Of a stretch of 11,210 bases of DNA, positions 1 through 8,000 are shown piece by piece. The notes under the pieces are model-generated. The model saw nothing but the letters and a program-made list of their open reading frames with translations. It searched no databases and had not been told where the DNA came from. Positions within the stretch are counted from its first letter, which is position 1. Every line of letters starts with the position of its first letter. Made by a program: the position numbers and the translations under genes. Source of the stretch: Vulcanimicrobiaceae bacterium (GTDB taxonomy: Bacteria > Vulcanimicrobiota > Vulcanimicrobiia > Vulcanimicrobiales > Vulcanimicrobiaceae). The DNA lies in assembly GCA_046262595.1 (NCBI GenBank), contig JBHEMM010000056.1, positions 354 through 11,563 on the forward strand. Direction: 5' to 3'.

Positions 1-81
1 GGCTTGCTCCGTTTGTAGCCTTTTACGCGTTCTGACCTCAGCAGAGGACTGGCCGGGATCTGCGGCGAATGAGCTGAATCT

Positions 82-114
82 GCGCTGCGAGCGCTGCGAG
101 CGCTTCGAGCGCTT
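82..114. repeat. 9-bp tandem repeat GCGCT(G/T)CGA x3.6
   Basis: gcgctgcga (82-90), gcgctgcga (91-99), gcgcttcga (100-108), gcgctt (109-114), read directly from the sequence. Confidence 0.9.
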
Positions 115-118
115 TTTT
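99..118 (+). terminator. Putative intrinsic terminator
   Basis: Stem AGCGCT (99-104) / AGCGCT (108-113) with loop TCG, running into a T6 tract (113-118). The stem is short. Confidence 0.45.
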
Positions 119-141
119 AATAGGTCCGCGGGGAGACTTGT

Positions 142-960
142 TTGAATCCAACAATCAGCGTCGTTATGCCGGCTTATAACGAAGCGCATCTTATCATCGC
201 AAATTTAATGGAGACCGCCGAAACGCTGTCGTCTTTTGAGTACGACTATGAGATTATCGTTGTCGATGACGGCAGCCCTGACAAGACTTATTTGCACGCT
301 GCACGACTTTTGACGTCACACCCCGAACGAGTGCGGGTGGTTCGTTATGACAAGAACGCTGGAAAAGGCAACGCTTTGATGTGCGGCGCGCAGTTTGCGC
401 GTGGGGATTATGTAGTGTTCTTGGACGCGGACATGGACCTTCATCCCTCTCAGTTGCCGACGTTCTTCGGTATCATGGAAGCGCAGGCGTGCGATGTTGT
501 TATTGGCTCGAAACGGCATGTGCTTTCAAATGTCAACTACCCTTGGCAAAGAAGGCTCTATAGTTGTGTCTATTACGGCCTTGTCCGCGCGCTCTTTGGC
601 CTGCCGGTTAAGGATACTCAGACCGGTTTAAAGCTATTTCGGCGTGAAGTCATTGACCGAGTCTTCCCTCGAATTCTCTGCAAGCGATTCGCCTTCGACC
701 TCGAGGTGTTGGTGAACGCGAACCGTTTAGGGTATCGCATCGAGTCCGCGCCCGTAACGTTGCGCTTTCAGCGTGCCTACGGTCGAATCAACTTCCGTGA
801 CGTTAAAGACATGCTGCTTGATACGCTGGCCATCTTTTACCGCGTTTCGACGAGGTATTACGATCGCATATCAATCGACGATTCCGTTCAATGGCACATC
901 ACGGCCAGAGAGGTCTCGCATTCGGATCCTGAAGTGGTAGCAGCGGTGGTCGTACAATAG
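142..960 (+). CDS. Family 2 glycosyltransferase, DPM1/dolichyl-phosphate glucosyltransferase-like (polyprenol-phosphate sugar synthase type), 272 aa
   Basis: ISVVMPAYNE, VVDDGS, NAGKG, DADM (DxD), VIGSK, DTQTGLK and FAFDLE motifs. TTG start with GGGGAG SD at 130-135. Confidence 0.92.
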   Translation: MNPTISVVMPAYNEAHLIIANLMETAETLSSFEYDYEIIVVDDGSPDKTYLHAARLLTSHPERVRVVRYDKNAGKGNALMCGAQFARGDYVVFLDADMDLHPSQLPTFFGIMEAQACDVVIGSKRHVLSNVNYPWQRRLYSCVYYGLVRALFGLPVKDTQTGLKLFRREVIDRVFPRILCKRFAFDLEVLVNANRLGYRIESAPVTLRFQRAYGRINFRDVKDMLLDTLAIFYRVSTRYYDRISIDDSVQWHITAREVSHSDPEVVAAVVVQ

Positions 961-1147
961 CCCCTACGGCTACGACGGCTTGCCCGGACGTCACAGACCG
1001 CCTTCGCTAGCCGGTAAGCGACCCACCGGCGCGCACAAAGACTGTAAGTCGGACGTGCGCCGCCCCGGCGCAAAGTGCGCTCGAAGACGCGTGCGTCATT
1101 AGATCGCCATTCGAATGCCGGATTCGGAGCAGGACGGCGCCGGTGTT

Positions 1148-1199
1148 AGCGGCAGGTCGCATGGTAACGGAAACGGCCGTCCCGCTATTTCCCGCCGCC
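1148..1199 (-). other. 3'-end stem-loop of the minus-strand transcript (no U tract)
   Basis: Minus-strand RNA GGCGGCGGG/CCUGCCGCU (9 bp) and UAGCGGGA/UUCCGUUA (8 bp). Four G-U pairs form only on the minus strand. It lies just after the tandem TAA TAG stops (1203-1208). Confidence 0.5.
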
Positions 1200-1205
1200 G
1201 CCCTA

Positions 1206-2471
1206 TTACTGCAGCGTATCCAGCGGCATCGCGGCCACCATATTGCCGTCGGCGACGAACAGCGTTTTTCCGTAGATCACGGGTGGCGAAACGGAGAACG
1301 GCTGCAAAAACGAGCCGGTGTGCACGATGCGACCCGTTCGGGCGTCGAGCGTGTAGAAGATGCCCGCCGTATCGCCGAAATAGACGCGGCCACTGCTCAC
1401 GACTGGACTCATCTTCACGTTGCCGGACGTGTGCGCCGACCAGCGTTCGCGGCCCGTGCGCTCGTCGAACGCCACCATGCGCGCAAGATTGCCGATTGCT
1501 TGATAGAGCACGCCGTTCACGGCCGTTCCGGCGATTTGGCGTTCCGATGATGCGATGTACGTAAACGGCGCGGGCGGATACGTTTTCGCCCAGCGCGTTT
1601 TTCCGGTGCGTTCGTCCAACGCCGCAACGGTGACGCGGCCGCCCGTGTGAAACGGCGCGACGCCGATGCTGCTGCTCTGCACGAACACCAGGCCCCCGTC
1701 GATCGTGGGCGTGCAGTCGCTGCCCCCGATCGGACTGCTCCAGCGCTGTTCGCCGGTGCGTTCGTTCAACGCGATCGTCCTGCAGTAGTACGGCGCGTTG
1801 TGACACACGCTGGTGATTATGGCGCCGGCGTGCTGCGTTGCCGAGGCCATCGTCGCGATCCCGGGCAGCGGCACGGACCAGCCTGCATCGCCCGTATGCA
1901 GATCCAGCGCGTACGCGCGCGCGCCGCCGTTCGCAAAATACAGGGTGCCGCCGTCAATGGCGGGCGATGCCATGTTTTCACCGGCCGTGTGAAAGCTCCA
2001 TAGGCGGCGTCCTTGTTCGGTATAGGCGACCAGGTCGTCGCCCTGCTCGCGCCCCCACACCTGCGAGACCGGATCGTCCGGTTTCAAAAACCCGTCCTTG
2101 CCCGTGCCCACGACGACGATGCCGTCGGCGATCACCGGCGTGGACATGAGGATGTTGTCCGTCGCCGCGTTCCAGCGGATGGCCCCGGAAGCCGGATCGA
2201 GCGCGTACAGTTTGTGGTCGAAACTCACCGCATAGAGCGTGCCGCCCGCCAGCGCCAAACCGCCGTTGATTTTCTCGCCGAGCGGCGTGAGCCAGTTCGC
2301 GCGCAGGCTGCCTTCAAAGACGGCGTTGTGCGCCGGGCCGCCCTGGTATTGCGTCCACGTTTGAGGTCCGCCCCGGCCGCCGAGTTCGCCGGACGGCCGC
2401 TGCGTGGCGAGTGCCGCGAGGCCCCCCGCCAGAAGTAAAACCGCGGCAAGGGCCACGAACGGTCTACGCAT
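1206..2471 (-). CDS. Exported PQQ-like beta-propeller repeat protein, tetrathionate hydrolase (TetH)-like, 421 aa
   Basis: Repeated LYALDxxxGxxxW blades (LYALDPASGAIRW, AYALDLHTGDAGW, IALNERTGEQRW, AALDERTGKTRW, VAFDERTGRERW). N-terminal MRRPF plus hydrophobic signal/anchor. ATG at 2471 has GGAG upstream. The beta-propeller call is firm; the TetH-like call is inference. Confidence 0.88.
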   Translation of the reverse strand: MRRPFVALAAVLLLAGGLAALATQRPSGELGGRGGPQTWTQYQGGPAHNAVFEGSLRANWLTPLGEKINGGLALAGGTLYAVSFDHKLYALDPASGAIRWNAATDNILMSTPVIADGIVVVGTGKDGFLKPDDPVSQVWGREQGDDLVAYTEQGRRLWSFHTAGENMASPAIDGGTLYFANGGARAYALDLHTGDAGWSVPLPGIATMASATQHAGAIITSVCHNAPYYCRTIALNERTGEQRWSSPIGGSDCTPTIDGGLVFVQSSSIGVAPFHTGGRVTVAALDERTGKTRWAKTYPPAPFTYIASSERQIAGTAVNGVLYQAIGNLARMVAFDERTGRERWSAHTSGNVKMSPVVSSGRVYFGDTAGIFYTLDARTGRIVHTGSFLQPFSVSPPVIYGKTLFVADGNMVAAMPLDTLQ

Positions 2472-2487
2472 GCCGCTCCATTGGCGG

Positions 2488-2519
2488 TTAAGGGAAAAGC
2501 CTCCGGCTCCCTTAAGATA
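2488..2519. promoter_or_regulatory. Inverted repeat and candidate overlapping -10 boxes in the divergent promoter region
   Basis: TTAAGGGA (2488-2495) / TCCCTTAA (2508-2515), inner AGCC/GGCT. TAAGAT (+, 2513-2518) and TATCTT (-, 2514-2519) match TAnnnT. Confidence 0.5.
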
Positions 2520-2527
2520 AGCCTCAC

Positions 2528-4087
2528 ATGGAACTTCGCATCGATCCCGCCGTCGTCGTGCAGTGCCGCGACCGCGCGGCGGCCATCGTCGCGCCCGTGA
2601 GCGCATTCATCGCCCGTCATTCGACCGTTTCGGTCGAACGGTCGGTGCTGCGCTTGCTCGGGGTCGATGGGGTGGGCGCCGACGATGCGCCGCTGCCGAA
2701 TTTGGTCGTGGACAGCCTCAGCGCGGATGAGCGGGCGCACGGCGTAGCGGCGGCTTTCGGACGCGCCCTTGCGCAGACCGGACTGCCGGCGCAGGATCTC
2801 GGAGAACGCATCGCAAGCGGTGACCTCCGTTTCGCGCAGTTCGCAAGCGTGCCGGAAGCGGCGGGGCGCGCCGTGGTGCGGCGCCAGGCAGAACAGGCGC
2901 TCGAGCGCATCGCGCAGCGCCGCAGCGAGCGCACCGAACAACTGCGGCAGTATCCGCAGGGACCGCCGCCGCTGCTCTACCTGATCGTTGCAAGCGGAAA
3001 CATCTATGAAGACCGCACGGCAGCGGTTGCGGCGGCGCAAGCCGGCGCCCAAATCATCGCCGTCATTCGTTCGACCGGCCAGTCATTGCTGGATTTCGTC
3101 CCGTTCGGACCGACGACCGAAGGATTCGGCGGCACGTATGCGACGCAAGCTAATTTCAAGATCATGCGCGAAGCGCTCGATGAGGTGTCCGCCAAACTCG
3201 GGCGCTACGTCATGCTCACCAATTATGCCAGCGGCCTGTGCATGCCGGAGATCGCGAGCATGGCGGCCATGGAACGGCTCGACATGCTGCTCAACGATTC
3301 CATGTACGGCATTCTGTTCCGCGACATCAACATGAAACGCACGTTCGTCGACCAGCATTTCAGCCGGCTGCTCAACGCGTACTCGGGCATCATCATCAAC
3401 ACCGGTGAAGATAACTACCTGACGACGGCCGATGCGGTGGAGCAAGCGCCGGCCGTGCTTGCCTCGCAGTTCATCAACGAAGAGTTCGCGCACCGCGCCG
3501 GCATGCCCGACGAACAGATCGGTTTGGGCGATGCGTACGAGATTAGCCCCGATCTGCAGGACGGCTTTCTGCTGCAGGTCGCGCAGGCGCAGCTCGCGCG
3601 CCAGGTCTTCCCGCGTGCGCCGCTCAAATACATGCCGCCGACCAAACATATGACCGGGGACATTTTCAAAGGGCACTTGATCGACGCGCTCTTTAACCTC
3701 ACCTCGGTGATGACGAAGCAATCCATCCACTTGTGCGGCATGCTGACCGAGGCGATTCATACACCGTTCTTGGGCGATCGCGCGCTGGCGCTCGAGAACG
3801 CGCAGTATATCATGAACACCGCGCGCCACTTCGGCGACGAGATCACGTTCAAGCCGGGCGGGCGCATCGAAACGCGGGCCCGCGACGTGCTTGCTGCCGC
3901 GCACGCACTGCTCGAGCGCGTCGCCGCACAAGGCATGATGGAAGCGATCGAAGCGGGCGTTTTCGCCGACGTGAAACGCCCGCCGGAGGGCGGACGCGGT
4001 TTCGAGGGCGTGTTTGAACGGGATGCGCAGTATTGGAATCCGTTTGAGGAGCTGCTGCAGGCCCAGCAAAGCACGGTGCGCGCGTGA
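2528..4087 (+). CDS. kamD: Lysine 5,6-aminomutase alpha subunit (TIM barrel), 519 aa
   Basis: Signature segments SVERSVLRLLGVDG, GNIYED, IRSTGQSLLDFVP, EGFGGTYATQ, SGLCMPE, YGILFRDIN, NTGEDNY, KYMPPTK, TEAIHTP, YWNPF. Adjacent to kamE. Confidence 0.96.
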   Translation: MELRIDPAVVVQCRDRAAAIVAPVSAFIARHSTVSVERSVLRLLGVDGVGADDAPLPNLVVDSLSADERAHGVAAAFGRALAQTGLPAQDLGERIASGDLRFAQFASVPEAAGRAVVRRQAEQALERIAQRRSERTEQLRQYPQGPPPLLYLIVASGNIYEDRTAAVAAAQAGAQIIAVIRSTGQSLLDFVPFGPTTEGFGGTYATQANFKIMREALDEVSAKLGRYVMLTNYASGLCMPEIASMAAMERLDMLLNDSMYGILFRDINMKRTFVDQHFSRLLNAYSGIIINTGEDNYLTTADAVEQAPAVLASQFINEEFAHRAGMPDEQIGLGDAYEISPDLQDGFLLQVAQAQLARQVFPRAPLKYMPPTKHMTGDIFKGHLIDALFNLTSVMTKQSIHLCGMLTEAIHTPFLGDRALALENAQYIMNTARHFGDEITFKPGGRIETRARDVLAAAHALLERVAAQGMMEAIEAGVFADVKRPPEGGRGFEGVFERDAQYWNPFEELLQAQQSTVRA

Positions 4088-4821
4088 GTTTTATTAAGCC
4101 GTACGGCGATACGATGAACGACGGGAAGGTGCAGCTCTCGTTCACGCTGCCGGTCGATTGGAGCGAAGCGGCCGATGAAGCGGCGCGGCAGCTCGTGGTA
4201 AAGATGGGCTTCACCGGCGTGAGCGTGGTCGAAGGGCGCGCTATTGCGCAGGGCTTTTCATTTTTCGTCGTCTACGCGAGCACGCCGCAGTCGATTGACG
4301 CTGCGGCGATATCGGCGCCCTCGGCGCGTACGCATGCGATGACCATGGAGGAGATCGACGCGCTGCTTGCCGAGCGCGTCGGCCGCAAAGTGCGCGTCGC
4401 CGGAGCGTGCATCGGCACCGACGCGCACACCGTCGGCATTGACGCCATCCTGAACATGAAAGGCTACAAAGGCGACTACGGGCTGGAGCGCTATAAAATG
4501 TTCGAGGCGTTCAATCTGGGAAGTCAAGTTGCGGTGGAAGAGTTCGTGCGTTTTGCAAAAGATCGCAATATCGACGCACTGTTAGCTTCGCAGGTCGTCA
4601 CGCAAAAAGGCAGCGACATCAAGAATTTCACCGAACTCATCGAACTGCTTGAAGCAGAGGGTCTGCGCGACCGCATCGTGGTCTGCTGCGGCGGCCCGCG
4701 CGTGACGAATCTGCTCGCGCTCGAACTGGGCTACGATGCGGGTTTCGGGCGCGGGACGCTGCCCAGTGAAGTTGCCGCTTTTATCGCCACGCGCGTTGCG
4801 GCGCAGGCGGAACGCGTTTAA
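4084..4821 (+). CDS. kamE: Lysine 5,6-aminomutase beta subunit (AdoCbl- and PLP-binding), 245 aa
   Basis: KPYGDTMNDGKVQLSFTLP dimerisation domain, DAHTVG (DxHxxG B12 motif), NMKG (PLP Schiff-base Lys, codon 4459-4461), GGPR, GYDAGFG. GTGA overlap with kamD. Confidence 0.96.
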   Translation: MSFIKPYGDTMNDGKVQLSFTLPVDWSEAADEAARQLVVKMGFTGVSVVEGRAIAQGFSFFVVYASTPQSIDAAAISAPSARTHAMTMEEIDALLAERVGRKVRVAGACIGTDAHTVGIDAILNMKGYKGDYGLERYKMFEAFNLGSQVAVEEFVRFAKDRNIDALLASQVVTQKGSDIKNFTELIELLEAEGLRDRIVVCCGGPRVTNLLALELGYDAGFGRGTLPSEVAAFIATRVAAQAERV

Positions 4822-4843
4822 GGAGGGCGAAGCCATTCCGCTG

Positions 4844-6495
<1,652 letters not shown>

Positions 6496-6500
6496 GGCCG

Positions 6501-7403
6501 GTGCGCGCGTTCCTCACCGGCGCGGGCGGATTCGCCGGTACGCATCTCGCGAGTGCCCTGCGCGAACGTTCGGCGGAGATCGTCACGCTGGCATGCGACG
6601 TGCGCGAAACGCAAGCGGTCATCGCCGAGGTCATGCAAGCGCAGCCCGACGTCGTCTTTCATTTGGCGGCGCAGGCGTTCGTGCCGCATGCGCTCGCCGA
6701 CCCGGGCGAAACGTACGTTGTGAACGTGCGCGGCACGTCGTCGGTACTCGCCGCGCTGCGCGAGCTGCGCAAGGGCGGCAAAAGCGCGCGGCTGCTGTTT
6801 GCCAGTTCGGCCGACGTCTACGGGCCGCAGCCGCCGGACCGCTATCCGCTCGCCGAAACGGTGCTGCCGCAGCCAGCGAACCCGTACGCGGCGAGCAAAC
6901 TCGCCGGCGAAGCGCTCGTCGCCGGTGAAGTGCGGGCGTTCGGTTTGGATGCGGTCGTCACGCGCGCGTTCAATCATATCGGTCCGGGGCAGAATGCGCG
7001 CTTCGCCGTTGCATCGTTTGCACGCCAGCTGGCGCAGATCGCTGCCGGCGCCGCGCCCGTGCTGCACGTCGGCGACTTGACGGCGAAACGCGACTTTATC
7101 GACGTTCGGGATGCCGTGCAGGCGTACTGTCTGCTTGCCGAGCGCGGTGTACGCGGCGAAGTCTACAATGTGTGCGGCGAAACGGCGGCGAGCATGCGCG
7201 ACGTGTTGGGCGAGCTGATCCGCATCGCGCGCGTGCCGGTGGAAGTGCGCGAGGATCCCGAACGCATGCGGCCTTCCGAGGTGCCGCTGATGTATGGTTC
7301 TAACGCGAAACTGCGCGGCGCGACGGGGTGGGCGCCGTCCATTGCGCTGCGCCGCTCGCTGCAGGATGTCTATGCCGATGCACAAATGAGCTGCGCGACA
7401 TGA
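6501..7403 (+). CDS. rmd: GDP-4-keto-6-deoxy-D-mannose reductase (Rmd-like extended SDR), 300 aa
   Basis: GAGGFAG, HLAAQAFV, SSADVYG, YAASK, FNHIGPGQ, RDFIDVRD, RPSE. Directly after gmd. The product (GDP-D-rhamnose vs another 6-deoxyhexose) is inferred. Confidence 0.75.
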   Translation: MRAFLTGAGGFAGTHLASALRERSAEIVTLACDVRETQAVIAEVMQAQPDVVFHLAAQAFVPHALADPGETYVVNVRGTSSVLAALRELRKGGKSARLLFASSADVYGPQPPDRYPLAETVLPQPANPYAASKLAGEALVAGEVRAFGLDAVVTRAFNHIGPGQNARFAVASFARQLAQIAAGAAPVLHVGDLTAKRDFIDVRDAVQAYCLLAERGVRGEVYNVCGETAASMRDVLGELIRIARVPVEVREDPERMRPSEVPLMYGSNAKLRGATGWAPSIALRRSLQDVYADAQMSCAT

Positions 7404-7999
7404 TCGATCCACGGGGCGCAGACTTTAAAGCCCTCGTTTTCAAGAACCGCGGCGCGCTGCTGGCGGTGCCCGCCGTCCTGCTTGCGGTGTTCGGGAAACC
7501 CGGTGCATTCGGCATCACGATCGGTCTGCCGCTTGCACTCGCAGGCGAGCTGGTGCGCTGCTGGGCAGTCGGATATTCGGGCGTAACGACGCGCGAAGAT
7601 CACGTCACCGCGCCCGAACTCGTCACCGCCGGCCCGTATGCGTACGTGCGCAACCCGCTGTATGCCGGAAACTTCTTAACCGCCGCCGGCTTCGCGCTCG
7701 CGTTTACCGGCAGCAATACGGCGGGCACGCGCGCGCTGCTTATCGCCGCCTCACTGGGAACCATGGCGGCGGTCTATGCCGCTATCATCCCGCACGAAGA
7801 GGCGTATCTGCGCTCGCAATTCGGCGTGCCGTACGAGCAGTATTGCGCGGACGTTCCTTCCATCGTGCCGGCGCTCGAACCCAAGAGCGATGCGCGTGGA
7901 ACGTGGAAAGCATCCGTCATCGCCAACGCGGAGAAAAACACGTTTCTGACCTTCGGCGCAATGCTCGCGGTGCTCGCGCTCAAAGCGCTGCGCGCGTAA
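7400..7999 (+). CDS. Isoprenylcysteine carboxyl methyltransferase (ICMT/PEMT) family membrane methyltransferase, 199 aa
   Basis: LVTAGPYAYVRNPLYAG and EEAYLRSQFGVPYEQYCADVP motifs, several hydrophobic segments, ATGA overlap with rmd. Confidence 0.9.
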   Translation: MIDPRGADFKALVFKNRGALLAVPAVLLAVFGKPGAFGITIGLPLALAGELVRCWAVGYSGVTTREDHVTAPELVTAGPYAYVRNPLYAGNFLTAAGFALAFTGSNTAGTRALLIAASLGTMAAVYAAIIPHEEAYLRSQFGVPYEQYCADVPSIVPALEPKSDARGTWKASVIANAEKNTFLTFGAMLAVLALKALRA

Positions 8000-8000
8000 C

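Noticed and set aside
36..84. SAM-I riboswitch-like string GCAGAGGACTGGCC
   Set aside because: Lacks the AUC..GAG P1, GCAACC and GUGC core elements, and the downstream gene is atypical for SAM control
1..145. Tail of an upstream CDS (frame 3 LAPFVAFYAF-stop at 33-35, or frame 2 open to TGA 143-145 overlapping the GT2 start)
   Set aside because: Two competing frames, neither recognisable. Cannot be decided without upstream sequence.
1031..1080. c-di-GMP-I riboswitch suggested by GGCGCAAAG
   Set aside because: No GCAAAC 5' element or matching GNRA-capped stem, and it lies between convergent 3' ends with no gene to regulate
1007..1162. 51-codon minus-strand small ORF (MRPAANTG...)
   Set aside because: No SD, no recognisable motif, and it begins inside the 3' hairpin
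1206..2471. BamB lipoprotein or PQQ-dependent alcohol/glucose dehydrogenase
   Set aside because: No lipobox Cys and no BamB gene context; too short for quinoprotein dehydrogenases and lacks their vicinal Cys pair
2472..2527. Cobalamin or lysine riboswitch upstream of kamD
   Set aside because: Only 56 bp available and no consensus elements seen
2472..2606. Longer N-terminus of the beta-propeller ORF given in the ORF track
   Set aside because: It would overlap kamD head-to-head. ATG 2471 has a GGAG SD and starts a clean signal sequence.
2528..4821. D-ornithine 4,5-aminomutase (oraSE)
   Set aside because: Separate 519-aa barrel and 245-aa B12 subunits match the KamD/KamE architecture, not fused OraE plus small OraS
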